Source: Savitreella phatthalungensis (Eukaryota). From it: a stretch of 34,343 nt of DNA. This document shows, one piece after another, positions 17,654 through 28,607 of the stretch. Under the pieces are notes generated by a model. It worked only from the letters and a program-made list of their open reading frames with translations. It searched no databases and was not told where the DNA came from. The stretch covers positions 186,001 to 220,343 of the forward strand of contig AP039712.1 of the NCBI GenBank assembly GCA_051599415.1, given 5' to 3'. The position numbers and the translations under genes were made by a program. Each line of letters begins with the position of its first letter. The first letter of the stretch is position 1.

Positions 17654-19696
17654 ATGATTGTCGACCTCATCTTGCTCGGACTCGCCGTTGAGGCAGTTTC
17701 TGCGGCATCGTCGTCCTCCTCTGCCCGTGGCAAACCCTCTGGCCTGGCACTGACGTACACATGTCCTGCATCCTTCCCCACTGGAATCTTCTCATCGTAC
17801 TACCCGGTGCCCTCGGGACAGCTCCTCCAGCCTGTCCTGGTAGACACGATTGCTAGGACCACGTACGCCAAGAACCTGACCAGTCCGACCACTATTCCCA
17901 CTGTCAACAACGTCGACCCGGTCTTCTACCAGCCAAGCCAAAACATCACAACAAACTACACCACCTGGAATGCTGCCTACAACGCCATTCTCGATCTCAA
18001 CCGCACCTCGACCGCCGACAACTGCACAAAGTGCCAGAATTCCCTTGTGATTGCCCAGCAGCTGGCCAAGCGCAATGGCAGCGCAATCCCGCAGCTCGCC
18101 ATCGCCCTGTGCCAGGCATTCAAGTTCAAGAGCAATAGCTCATGCGTCGCCACTTACACCGGCAGCAACATGGGTGCGGCAATCTCCCAGGTCCTTTCCT
18201 TTGCCAATCTCACAAACGGACTCGACGCACCGTACATGTGCCAGACGCAGCTCGGATTCTGCAGCGAACCAGCCACACAGAAGCTCAACCTAACAAAGTA
18301 CGTCGACCCGAAGGTGACAAAGCGCAAGACTGCACACAAGGCGAGCGGCAAGCGTGCTCGCGCACTCTGGTTCTCCGACTACCACATCGACCCTCGTTAC
18401 CAGGTCGGAAGTGAGGCGAACTGCACGAGCGGCCTGTGCTGCCGCGCCGGAAACCCGAACACGGCATCGCCTAACGTGTCTCTGTCGCCAGCGTCGCGCT
18501 GGGGAGCATTCGCGTGTGATGTGCCGCTCGACTTTGGTGTGGCGTCCCTACAGGCGATGGCAGCGATCGCCAACAAGACCCACGACCTGACCATCTTCAC
18601 GGGTGACATCGTGTCGCATGACCAGAACCCTGCCCTTTCGCGCGATTATGTGACGTACTCCGAGAAGCTCGCGTACGACCTGTTCGCCAAGTACCTCGGT
18701 CCAGCGCCGTTGTACGCCGTCGAGTCGAACCACGACACGTACCCGATCGCATATGACCTTGCTCGGAGCGCACCTGGGAACCTGTCGGAGGCCCAATTCG
18801 GCTGGAACTACAGGGAGCTGTCGTCCCTGTGGAAGAACCACGGCTGGTTGGACGCGAAGCACGCAGAGCAGGCACGCACCCACTACTCGGCCTACTCCGT
18901 CAAGACCAAATACAACCTCCGCGTGATCGCCCTCAACCTGAACTCCTGGTACACCAAGACCGATCTGTACAACCTGTATCAGATGCAGGATCTCGACAGG
19001 CTCCAGCAGTTCAGCTTCCTCGCACAGGAACTGGCGGCGGCTGAGAAGGCGAATGAGCGCGTCTGGATCACAGGGCACGAGTTCCCCGGCTGGGACGGTA
19101 CGGCGTCGGCAAAGGACCAGACAAACTTGTTGTACGCGCTTGTCGAGCGATACTCCACGACCGTTGCCGCCGTCTTGACAGGTCACTCCCACGAGGACTT
19201 CTTCTCGATCTACTACCGAAATAACGGATCAGACGTATCTGCCGCCGGCGCCCTCGTCCCGTCCATCACCGTTCCCTCAATTACGCCCCTCACTAACCTG
19301 AATGCCGGCTTCCGTATCATGGAGTTTGACACCGGGTCAGGCGACATCTACGAGTCCTGGACGTGGTACTCGAACGTGACGATGTGGAGCAACTCGTCTG
19401 CACCGGTCTTCCAGTACGAGTACTCGCTCAGGGAGGCTTACGACCCGAACAACACCTGGCCATCGACAGCTCCCCTGAACGCGTCATTCTACCACCGCGT
19501 GACCGAGAACATGCGCAGGGACCCATCCCTGATTGACAAGTTCCAGCGGTACCAGGGCAAATCGTCCGACCTCACGGGCAACTGTACCTCCACGGCATGC
19601 CGCAACGCAAAGCTCTGCTACATGCGCTCAGCCTCGTCCGCGCTCTCGCGCAACTGCACCGCCGGCTACGGCAGCGTCCAGGGCAAGGGCAGCTAG
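17654..19696 (+). CDS. Secreted acid sphingomyelinase-like metallophosphoesterase with saposin-like domain
   Basis: Signal peptide, saposin-type Cys pattern (NCTKCQ, LC, SSC, MC, FC), SDYHID, LCCR, FACD.P, TGDIVSHD, SNHD, TGHE, GHSHED, PSITPLTNLNAGFR, and many N-glycosylation sequons. Confidence 0.9.
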   Translation: MIVDLILLGLAVEAVSAASSSSSARGKPSGLALTYTCPASFPTGIFSSYYPVPSGQLLQPVLVDTIARTTYAKNLTSPTTIPTVNNVDPVFYQPSQNITTNYTTWNAAYNAILDLNRTSTADNCTKCQNSLVIAQQLAKRNGSAIPQLAIALCQAFKFKSNSSCVATYTGSNMGAAISQVLSFANLTNGLDAPYMCQTQLGFCSEPATQKLNLTKYVDPKVTKRKTAHKASGKRARALWFSDYHIDPRYQVGSEANCTSGLCCRAGNPNTASPNVSLSPASRWGAFACDVPLDFGVASLQAMAAIANKTHDLTIFTGDIVSHDQNPALSRDYVTYSEKLAYDLFAKYLGPAPLYAVESNHDTYPIAYDLARSAPGNLSEAQFGWNYRELSSLWKNHGWLDAKHAEQARTHYSAYSVKTKYNLRVIALNLNSWYTKTDLYNLYQMQDLDRLQQFSFLAQELAAAEKANERVWITGHEFPGWDGTASAKDQTNLLYALVERYSTTVAAVLTGHSHEDFFSIYYRNNGSDVSAAGALVPSITVPSITPLTNLNAGFRIMEFDTGSGDIYESWTWYSNVTMWSNSSAPVFQYEYSLREAYDPNNTWPSTAPLNASFYHRVTENMRRDPSLIDKFQRYQGKSSDLTGNCTSTACRNAKLCYMRSASSALSRNCTAGYGSVQGKGS

Positions 19697-19787
19697 GAAG
19701 CCACTATCGCGAAGCAGGGAAAATCGGGGTGGTAGTATTGTTATTATTATTACCGGAGGGTAGACATTAGAAATAATCGATATAGAT

Positions 19788-22268
19788 CTACTGAGACAAG
19801 ATGTGTTCGTACTCCTGGACGACGCGGTTGAAGGACGACTGTGCGCCTCTTTCGAGAGTGAAGATGACGAGTGCGCGTTTTCCATCAGGCAGGACCTCCA
19901 TTCGGAATCGGACGGACTTGAGCCCGAGAGCGTTCCGTTTGCCGACCTGAGCCCTGATAATCCGATTCCGACGATCATCCACAACCACTCGCACCCCAAG
20001 CTCAGCCTTCTCCCACCGCCGGAGAGAGTCGAGGATCTCCCTGTGTAGCCGGTTGGGCGAGTGACGGGTGTGGATGGATCGAGGAGCGGGCTTGAAGTTG
20101 AGCAGGCGGGCGAAGAAACCGAGTTTGGGAGACTGGGGTGGCTCGCCAGCAATCTGGAGTGGTGGAGGTGCCGGTGCTTCCCTACGAGCTGCGAGCGTCG
20201 CATGCGCCGGCGGTGTCGTCGCTGACGACGCCGGTGCCGACGTCGGTGACACCTTCCGCGCAAACATCCGGTCCAGCCAATTCCGTTTCGGTTCGATCGG
20301 GGCAGTCACCGAGACAGGTGGGACGGCAGCCGGAGCACTGACTAAGCGGCGGTCGACGCGTGACTGTGGTCGGCTTGGCTCGTTTGCACTCACGATCCGC
20401 TGTGGTGGCTGGTGTATGGAAGTCGGCTTCGTGGGCGGGCCCCGAGTCCTGAGAGAGTTCACCTCGAGCTCACCCAGCGCTGCGCGGTGACTAGCCCTGC
20501 TCGGCGCACTCGTCCGTACGGTCAATTTGCCTCGGACGTCGCCGATCGTCGGTGGCTGCTCCTCGGCATCTGCGTATCGGTCCTTGTCCTCCTCGAATAT
20601 TCTCGGCAGGGGCATTTCAGCTGATCGGTGTGCTTTGGCCTTGTGGTCGATAGTGCGGGAGGATGCGCTCGGCTCGGCACTCGACGGGCGCTGCAGTGCG
20701 AACGCATCGTACGGAGGAGACGGCAATGCCTTGTCCAGTCCAGGGGTATCATGGAAGACAGGGACGGACGAGTTGAAGGCGACGTCGAGGAACTGAGAGA
20801 ACTCTGCAGACATCTTTCGCGTCGCCTCGTCGAGCCTTGCGGGCGCACGGGTCTGTAAGGGTGCCTGGACAGGCGGATGCCGTGGGCCACCTGCGCCGAA
20901 AGGGCTTTTCGAGCTGAGGGGCGGGGTGGGCACGAGCGGTGCAGCCAATACGACTGGCTTTGGAGCGACCCTCTTTGGTGGTGACGGCTGAAGTGGCGCC
21001 TCGCTCTTCCGCGACCGTCTCGAAGACCTAGATCCCTGTCGCTTGTGCTTGACGGATCTCTTGGATGCGGCACTCTTGACACTCCGAGTGCTTTTGCTCT
21101 TGATCATCCGTTTCGGCGCGTCCTCCGTGTAGTTCTCCATCCGATCATGCCGGTACTTTAGCAGCAGACAGTAGAATGTCTTCTCCGAGTTCGGCTGAGG
21201 CTCGAGGAGTTTCTGCACGAGCAGATCACGCGCCACGCCACGCCAGAGTGTCTGCAGGTTCCGCAGAATCTCCCGGTCGATTTCTCCTGCGGTCTTGACC
21301 GGGCAAGCGAGCTCCTCGTACGTCGGCGCACGAGGCAGTCTCTGTCCCTTGCCGGTCTTTGGTCTATACTTTTTGAGGAGCGGGTGTTGCATGATCTTAT
21401 CCATGGTGATGCGCTTGCTCGGGTCGACCTCGAGCATCCGCCAGATCAGGTCCTTTGCTTCGGCAGAGAGTTCAGGCGGCATGACGAACCTGCCAGCCTT
21501 CACTTTGAGCAGGAGTGTTCGGATATTCTCGTCGTCGAAGGGGAGATGACCTGTGAGGAGGGCGAAGAGGATGATGCCGCATGACCAAATATCGCTCGGA
21601 CCGCCGTGGTACGTCTTTCCCGCGACAATCTCTGGGGATGCATAGTGAGGTGAGCCACAGGAAGTCTGCAACATCTGTCCGGAAGGCTCGAGCGCAGCCA
21701 TGCCAAAGTCTGCGACCTTAATGTTGCGATTCTTGTCGAGGAGTAAGTTTTCTGGTTTGAGATCGCGGTGGCAGATGTTGAAACGGTGGCAGTAGTCGAC
21801 AGCGTGCAGGATCTGCTGGATATAATTCACGGCCTCTGTCTCCTGGAGTCTGCCGCGCTGGACGAGGTAGTCGAACAGTTCGCCGCCCTCGATGTACTCG
21901 AGCACGAGGTAGAGCTCACCCTTGTTCTCCCAGACGTCGTACAGCCGCATGACGTTCGGATGCTCGATCAGCTTCATGATGACGACCTCCCGCTCGATCC
22001 CATAGGGAAGCCCTGCCGCTGTCTGTGGCGTCGTGGTCTTGGGCACAATCTTGACTGCAGCAAGCTTCCCTGTGACGGCATGCTTGGCCAGTCTGACTCT
22101 ACCGCTCGAGCCCCGTCCCAGCGTCCTGCCCAGCCGCCAAGGGCCGATCCTCGCCTTGTGCTTCTTCGTGTCACTGCCATTGGAATTGACACTGAAGTCG
22201 GAGTGGCCGGATACCTGAGAGACGCGTTTGTCCGCCTGAACGGCGACCAAGGTCGGTCTCGGTGGCAT
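19788..22268 (-). CDS. Nim1-family (Gin4/Hsl1/Cdr2-like) Ser/Thr kinase with C-terminal KA1-like domain
   Basis: IGPWRLGRTLGRGSSGRVRLAKH, PYGIEREVVIMKLIEHPN, HRDLKPEN, DFGMAAL, TSCGSPHYASPE, EKTFYCLL, RNWLDRMF, and a basic KA1-like end (VRFRMEV...ERGAQSSF). Confidence 0.93.
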   Translation of the reverse strand: MPPRPTLVAVQADKRVSQVSGHSDFSVNSNGSDTKKHKARIGPWRLGRTLGRGSSGRVRLAKHAVTGKLAAVKIVPKTTTPQTAAGLPYGIEREVVIMKLIEHPNVMRLYDVWENKGELYLVLEYIEGGELFDYLVQRGRLQETEAVNYIQQILHAVDYCHRFNICHRDLKPENLLLDKNRNIKVADFGMAALEPSGQMLQTSCGSPHYASPEIVAGKTYHGGPSDIWSCGIILFALLTGHLPFDDENIRTLLLKVKAGRFVMPPELSAEAKDLIWRMLEVDPSKRITMDKIMQHPLLKKYRPKTGKGQRLPRAPTYEELACPVKTAGEIDREILRNLQTLWRGVARDLLVQKLLEPQPNSEKTFYCLLLKYRHDRMENYTEDAPKRMIKSKSTRSVKSAASKRSVKHKRQGSRSSRRSRKSEAPLQPSPPKRVAPKPVVLAAPLVPTPPLSSKSPFGAGGPRHPPVQAPLQTRAPARLDEATRKMSAEFSQFLDVAFNSSVPVFHDTPGLDKALPSPPYDAFALQRPSSAEPSASSRTIDHKAKAHRSAEMPLPRIFEEDKDRYADAEEQPPTIGDVRGKLTVRTSAPSRASHRAALGELEVNSLRTRGPPTKPTSIHQPPQRIVSANEPSRPQSRVDRRLVSAPAAVPPVSVTAPIEPKRNWLDRMFARKVSPTSAPASSATTPPAHATLAARREAPAPPPLQIAGEPPQSPKLGFFARLLNFKPAPRSIHTRHSPNRLHREILDSLRRWEKAELGVRVVVDDRRNRIIRAQVGKRNALGLKSVRFRMEVLPDGKRALVIFTLERGAQSSFNRVVQEYEHILSQ

Positions 22269-22986
22269 GACCCTCCTCGACGCGTCTGTCTCTTTGTTCT
22301 AGACAAAGCTATGATAGGATATTGACACGATATGGTACAGTGTGCTCTTGTGTACTGTGACCTTTCACTCGAAGTTGATAGAGGTCCTAGTGTTTAGACT
22401 TGTTTTTGTGTTTACGCGAGTCCGATGAGTGATGGAATGAGTATCGGAGCGAGCTGAGTGAAGGAGAGCAAGCGAGGGTGAGCCGGAAGTCAGATATCCG
22501 AAGCTGGAGAAAGTGGTCACCTCCCAGACCTTGAGCTGTCAGCCGGAAGCTCTGCTCTGCCCAGGTGTATCTGAGCAGGTTCGGCGACATAGAGGATGAA
22601 TGTCGTACAAGTCAAAAACTCAAGTTCAAACTCCGGATATCATTTGGGAAGTGTCACTAGAAACTGGGCTTCTGTAGATTGACTCGGTCTCAGTAAATCA
22701 GGCCGGGGTTCAATCGGGCTGAAAGCTTCCAGCATCCTCCGGCATCCTCCAGCTCACTTCAACAGGCTCTGCCAGGCTCCAGCTATGCTTGGTAAATTTC
22801 CGGCTCCACTCAGATTGTCAGAAAGGAGTCGTCAAGAATGTGATCAGTAAAATCTATAATTCACAGGAAAGATACACAAATTCATTCTCGAATTCACATC
22901 GAAACTTCGGATTCAGGCAGAACAAGTCTTGAGATACACGTGCTCTCTCTCTTTCCTTCTGAACTTCAGCAAAATCGACACACATA

Positions 22987-23034
22987 TGATATCCAATTTA
23001 CAGATGCATCAGTGATATCCAATTTACAGATGCA
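22987..23034 (+). repeat. 22-bp direct repeat TGATATCCAATTTACAGATGCA x2 (26-bp period)
   Basis: Exact copies at 22987 and 23013 in the divergent kinase/ABC intergenic region. Confidence 0.85.
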
Positions 23035-23510
23035 ACAATATGAGAATCTGCCTGGTCGAAATTTCCCCCAATTCCCTCGACCAGATGATTATGTAGTGAT
23101 GGAAGGCGAATTGGCTCGAATCTGTTTGCTCACTAATCAAGCTTTAGAGAGCATATGGCATATGGCGTGCTTGCCACCTGTTGTCCCGTATCAATCGATG
23201 CATTCATTAAAGAGAGAATGAAATATTCAATCTCAGAATCATCTCAGAATCGAGAGTTCCATATGGGAGATGCAGCCAGTCGTCAAGATATCTCTACTAG
23301 ATTGGTACTCCGTGGATATAATTGGAGCAAGTCAAATTGTATCCATATGGAGATAAGCTGAACTTTTCATCTAGCTCGGAGGTATCCATGCAGATCGATT
23401 TTCCAGCTGGATTGAGATCGGATTCAGCCTTCTCTCTGAGTAATCCTCTCACTCAAGGAATCTCGGGAACCGCTTCAATGCCCAATCAAATGAATTGGTT
23501 TGCCCTCAGG

Positions 23511-23547
23511 CACACACACCTCTACACACACTCACACACACACACAA
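23511..23547 (+). repeat. Interrupted (CA)n microsatellite
   Basis: cacacacacctctacacacactcacacacacacacaa. Confidence 0.7.
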
Positions 23548-24278
23548 AATCACCTTCATACACGCACTCATCGAACCGCACGCACAACTTAACCTTACAC
23601 ACACATGCACGAGCACGTTATCGAGTACCTGAAAATGCCAAATACAGAAACCAAAGAACATAAAAAGCGATCGGCGGTGACTAATCCTCTGGCTTTCCCC
23701 TTTGGTCTGCAGGACCAGAAGAGAGCACGCTGCGGATGAGTCATACAAATCACTCGTAAGCTCTACAGTTCTGTACCCTCGTCCTAGACATTCTCATGTC
23801 AAGTGATTTGTATGTGATCGTACCCGTGACTCATGGACGATTGTAACCTCCAGTGTATGGGATTTCAAGCTCATTGAAGCTCGAGAATCCAGTCGACACC
23901 TCCAGGGCTCCAGCTGGTTCTGGTCTGTGCTCCACAGTGAAACCCATGCCTAGAGTCTCTGGCCTCTCCTGTCAAAACATAGTCAAAAACATTATAAATG
24001 ACGTCTGAGGCGATGCTTAGAAATTACCTTGACCTTTCTCAGATACAAAAGTTTGCTCTCTTTCCATTTTAGTCATCCTCATGTCGATCATTCGAAAGAA
24101 TCCTGAATGATTTGTGATCGAGCGTGATTGTGGTAGTTCCGGGTGTGAGCGTGCGGGTGAGTCTGAGCCTTAGATGGCACAAAGGCGCACATTCACTCAT
24201 GGACACTGATTATAAGGTCACACCGTACCCCTCCAACAACATCCTCAAATCTTCTCTCTCCTGGTCGGTCCTTTTGCG

Positions 24279-27200
24279 ATGCCCGATCAAGAGCTCCAGT
24301 CGGGTTACGGCGAGGACACGAGACCTGTCGATGTGGCGGCAGCGGAAAATGAATTCCGTTCGCTCCGGCGGCAGGTCACAAAACACTCAATTGGAAGCAA
24401 TACGCATGACGAGGAAGAAAACTTTGATCTCGAGCAATTCCTGAAGGATGGTCGAATCAAGGAAGATGATCTCGGCAGAGCGCACAAGGCCCTTGGCGTC
24501 ATTTTCAAAGACCTCACAGTCAGGGGAATCGATCCAGGGAGCAGCACAATCAAGACTTTCCCAGAGGCACTTTGGCGCACGATATCGGGTCAGGAGATCG
24601 TCGGCTGGGTCAACAGTCTCACAGGTGGTAAGCTCTTCAAGCCGCCCACGCGCAATATCCTACAGGGCTTCGATGGCTTCGTCAAGCCAGGAGAGATTCT
24701 CCTCGTGCTCGGCAGACCCGGCGCAGGCTGCTCTACCTTCCTGAGAGCCCTCGCAAACCAGCGCGACGGCTTTGCTGGTGTCGACGGCCAGGTCACGTAC
24801 GGCGGTCTGACTGCGGACGAGATCGCCAAGCACTACAGAGGTGAGGTCACGTACGTGCCAAGCGACGACGTTCATCTCCCAACCCTCACAGTCGAGCAGA
24901 CACTCTCCTTCGCCCTCTCAAACAAGACGCAGAAGAAATTCAGAGGTGAGGTTGAGCTCTACCTGAATGCGTTCCTCAAGATGTTCAACATCGAGCACAC
25001 TAGACAGACTTTGGTCGGAAACGAGTATGTCCGCGGTGTTTCAGGCGGTGAGCGCAAGCGTGTCTCAATCGCAGAGGTCCTAGCAACTCGATCATCGGTC
25101 ACGTGCTGGGACAATTCGACCAAGGGACTCGATGCCAGTACCGCACTCGACTACATCAAGTCTCTGCGCATCATGACGGACATCTCCAACCGAGCGACGG
25201 TCGTCACCCTCTACCAGGCAGGACAGAGCATCTACGACCTCGTCGACAAGGTATGCGTTATCGATGGTGGTCGAATGCTGTACTTTGGCGGCAAAGACCA
25301 TGCTCGCGAGTATTTCCAGGGTCTCGGATACCTTGCGCCCGATCGACAGACTACACCGGACTTCCTCACTTCCGTCGGCGACGTGAACGAGCGCAGATTC
25401 CAGCCTGATCGGGAGGCTACCACACCCAAAGGCCCAGAGGCTCTCGAAGCCGTTTTCAGGCAGAGCGACATCTACCGACGCATGCTGGAGGAGCGGGACG
25501 CCTACGAGCAATCCCAGACTGAGGCAGACAACTTCCGTACTGCCGTCCACCAGTCGAAGAGCAAGTACGCCACGAGGACGCAATACACCGCCTCATTCAT
25601 GCACCAGGTGTGGATGTGCACGAAGCGCAACTACTGGCTCGTCCGCGGAAACATCACAGACTTTTTCGTCAAGCTTGCGGTCATCATCATCAACGCTCTC
25701 ATCATCGGTTCCCTCTTTTACAACATTCCTCAGGACACGAGTGGCGCCTTCTCGATCGGCGGTGTCCTCTTCATGTCTATGGTTTTCGTCGGCTGGCTCC
25801 AGTTGTCGGAGCTCGCAACCGCCGTCATGGGCAGACCTGTCATTGCCCGGCACAAGGAGCATACCCTCTACAAACCGAGTGCGGTCGTTCTCGCGCGAGC
25901 CATCACGGACTTGCCCCTCATCTTGATCCTCGTCACCCCGTTCACCGTCGTGATATACTTCCTCGGCTCTCTTGACAGGCAGGCGGGCAAGTTCTTCATC
26001 TTCTACCTGTTCGTCTTCCTCTCAACATTCTGCCTCACCTCGCTCTTCCGCATGTTCGCCGCCATCTCGCCCACCATCAACGAGGCATTCAGATACTCTG
26101 GTCTCTTTTTGAACGTGGCCGTCGTTGTGGCTGGCTACGTGATCGCGCAGCCGCAGCTCTCGTCGCAGGTGCCGTGGATTGGATGGCTTCAGTGGCTCGA
26201 CCCGCTCCACTACATCTTCGAGGCCGTCATGAGCAACGAGTTCACCGGCCGAGACATGGAATGTGCGCCCGGGCAGATCGTCCCTTACGGTGCAGGCTAC
26301 AACGACGTCGCGTACCAGTCATGCACTCTCCGGGGAAGCACCCCAGGCTCTCTCACGGTCTCTGGAACACGGTATATCGCTGAAGCGTACAACTACTCTC
26401 GTTCGCGTCTTTGGAAGGAAGGATTCGCCGTCACGATTGCCTGGATCGTCCTCTACCTCCTGGTGACGTGTATCGCGGTCGAGTATCTCTCCTTCGTACC
26501 GGCAGGCGCCTCCATCCAGCAATTCAAGTCGAAGCGTGCCATCAAGCACGCCGACGAGGCCAAGAAGGAGGAGGACGAGAAGACAGCTGGCTCTTCCGGG
26601 TCTTCAGTCGGCAGTGACGAGACTGCTACTCTCGCCCGCTCAGAGTCCGTCTTCACCTGGCGCGACGTCGACTTCACCGTCTCGTACCCTGGCGGACAGC
26701 GTCAACTCCTCAACAAGGTCCAGGGCTGGTCAAAGCCAGGCGAGATGATCGCGCTCATGGGCGCATCCGGCGCAGGCAAGACCACCCTCCTCAACACGCT
26801 CTCTCAGCGGAACGCGTCCATGGGTGTCGTCTCGGGAGACATGCTCGTTGACGGTGCACCCCTTGGTCCGTCCTTCGGTCGCGGCACAGGCTTTGTCGAG
26901 CAGATGGACCTGCACGACGAGTTTGCTACCGTCCGTGAGGCATTTGAGTTTTCCGCGCTCCTGCGCCAGGACGCGTCCACGCCGCGGACAGAGAAGCTCG
27001 CGTATGTCGACAAGGTCATCGACCTCCTGGAGATGCGTCCGCTTGCAGAGTGCATCGTCATGACCCTTGACGTCGAGCAGAAGAAGCGACTGACGATCGG
27101 CGTCGAGCTATGTGCGAAGCCATCCCTCCTCCTCTTCCTGGACGAGCCCACCAGTGGTCTCGACTCCCAGTCAGCTTTCAACATCGTCCGCTTCCTCAGG

Positions 27201-28607
27201 TCGCTCGCCCGCGCAGGTCAGGCCATCGTCTGCACCATCCACCAGCCATCGTCCGAGCTCATCCTCGAGTTCGACCGCGTGCTTGCGCTCAACCCCGGAG
27301 GCAAGACTTTCTACTTCGGGCCGGTCGGCGAGAATGGTGCAGGGATCACGGAGTACTTTGGCAAGCGCGGCGCCAAGTGTCCTCCCGAGGCAAACCCAGC
27401 GGAATTCCTTCTCGAGGTCGGCACAGGCCGTGGACTCGGCACCGTCGACGGACAGCGCATTGACTGGTCGGCCGTCTGGCGTGATAGCGACGAGTGCAAG
27501 GAGGTTTCCCGTCACATCGACGCGATCCACGCCGACCGAGCCGGTGTCAAGTCGGCTGCCACAACGGAGTATGCGAGCGAGTATGCGGCGTCGACCTGGG
27601 AGCAGACCAAGGTGCTCACCCACCGCGTCTGGCGAAACTACTGGCGCGACGCCTCCTACGGCTACTCCCGCATGTGGGCCTTCTTCATGAACGGCGCCCT
27701 CGCGGGTCTCGTCTTCCTCAACGCCGGCCGTCGACCGGGCATCCTGTACCTCCAGGAAGAGCTCTTTGCCGTCTTCCTGCCGATCATCCTGCCCGCGACT
27801 GTCATCAACTCCGTCATCCCCAAGTTTGGCATGGCGAAGATGCTCTTCCTGGCACGCGAGGGACCATCTCGCATCTACGGATGGATCCCATTCACCACCT
27901 CACTTGTCCTGTGCGAAATGCCGTACGCCATCCTCGGAACCTTCTTCTACTGGCCAGTGTGGTTCTGGCCGATCTTCTCGCCCCAGCCATCCACCATCTC
28001 GGGATACTCCGTCGCCATGGTCATCCTATTCAACCTGTTTGCCGCCTCCTGGGGACAGTGGATCGCCGCCACCACGAACTCATGGACCGTCTTGTCAGTG
28101 ACCGTGCCACTCTACCTCGTCCTCCTCCAGCTTTTCACTGGTATCATCCGTCCGGTCTCGCAATTCCCCAAGTTCTGGCTGTTCATCTACTACTCTTCAC
28201 CGGTTAGATACTTCATCTCAGGTCTCCTCGCTGCCGTCCTCCACGGCAAGGAAGTCCGATGCCTGCCGGAAGAGTTTGCGATCGTCAACCCACCCACCGG
28301 CCAGAGCTGCTCGTCATACCTCGGTCCCTTCCTCGAGAACTACACAGGCTACCTCGACAACCCAGGCGACAGCACCGCTTGCCGGGTCTGCCAGTTCTCT
28401 AACGCCGATCAATACCTGGATCAGCTCCAATTCTCGTATGGATTCCGGTGGCAGTCGCTTGGCATCCTCGCAGCCTTCTGCATCACCAACGTCCTCCTCG
28501 TCTACTTCTTCGTCTACACCCGGATGATGAAGAACTCCACCTATGGCGTCGGATACCTCATCAACAAGGTTCACTCCGTCTTCAAGCGCAAGTCACGACC
28601 AGAGTAA
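24279..28607 (+). CDS. Full-size ABCG/PDR multidrug transporter (resembles Aspergillus AtrF type)
   Basis: NBD1 GRPGAGCST, VSGGERKRVSIAE, CWDNSTKGLD. NBD2 GASGAGKTT, LDVEQKKRLTIGVEL, LFLDEPTSGLDSQSA, CTIHQPS. NBD-TMD-NBD-TMD topology in a single 1442-aa ORF. Confidence 0.97.
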   Translation: MPDQELQSGYGEDTRPVDVAAAENEFRSLRRQVTKHSIGSNTHDEEENFDLEQFLKDGRIKEDDLGRAHKALGVIFKDLTVRGIDPGSSTIKTFPEALWRTISGQEIVGWVNSLTGGKLFKPPTRNILQGFDGFVKPGEILLVLGRPGAGCSTFLRALANQRDGFAGVDGQVTYGGLTADEIAKHYRGEVTYVPSDDVHLPTLTVEQTLSFALSNKTQKKFRGEVELYLNAFLKMFNIEHTRQTLVGNEYVRGVSGGERKRVSIAEVLATRSSVTCWDNSTKGLDASTALDYIKSLRIMTDISNRATVVTLYQAGQSIYDLVDKVCVIDGGRMLYFGGKDHAREYFQGLGYLAPDRQTTPDFLTSVGDVNERRFQPDREATTPKGPEALEAVFRQSDIYRRMLEERDAYEQSQTEADNFRTAVHQSKSKYATRTQYTASFMHQVWMCTKRNYWLVRGNITDFFVKLAVIIINALIIGSLFYNIPQDTSGAFSIGGVLFMSMVFVGWLQLSELATAVMGRPVIARHKEHTLYKPSAVVLARAITDLPLILILVTPFTVVIYFLGSLDRQAGKFFIFYLFVFLSTFCLTSLFRMFAAISPTINEAFRYSGLFLNVAVVVAGYVIAQPQLSSQVPWIGWLQWLDPLHYIFEAVMSNEFTGRDMECAPGQIVPYGAGYNDVAYQSCTLRGSTPGSLTVSGTRYIAEAYNYSRSRLWKEGFAVTIAWIVLYLLVTCIAVEYLSFVPAGASIQQFKSKRAIKHADEAKKEEDEKTAGSSGSSVGSDETATLARSESVFTWRDVDFTVSYPGGQRQLLNKVQGWSKPGEMIALMGASGAGKTTLLNTLSQRNASMGVVSGDMLVDGAPLGPSFGRGTGFVEQMDLHDEFATVREAFEFSALLRQDASTPRTEKLAYVDKVIDLLEMRPLAECIVMTLDVEQKKRLTIGVELCAKPSLLLFLDEPTSGLDSQSAFNIVRFLRSLARAGQAIVCTIHQPSSELILEFDRVLALNPGGKTFYFGPVGENGAGITEYFGKRGAKCPPEANPAEFLLEVGTGRGLGTVDGQRIDWSAVWRDSDECKEVSRHIDAIHADRAGVKSAATTEYASEYAASTWEQTKVLTHRVWRNYWRDASYGYSRMWAFFMNGALAGLVFLNAGRRPGILYLQEELFAVFLPIILPATVINSVIPKFGMAKMLFLAREGPSRIYGWIPFTTSLVLCEMPYAILGTFFYWPVWFWPIFSPQPSTISGYSVAMVILFNLFAASWGQWIAATTNSWTVLSVTVPLYLVLLQLFTGIIRPVSQFPKFWLFIYYSSPVRYFISGLLAAVLHGKEVRCLPEEFAIVNPPTGQSCSSYLGPFLENYTGYLDNPGDSTACRVCQFSNADQYLDQLQFSYGFRWQSLGILAAFCITNVLLVYFFVYTRMMKNSTYGVGYLINKVHSVFKRKSRPE

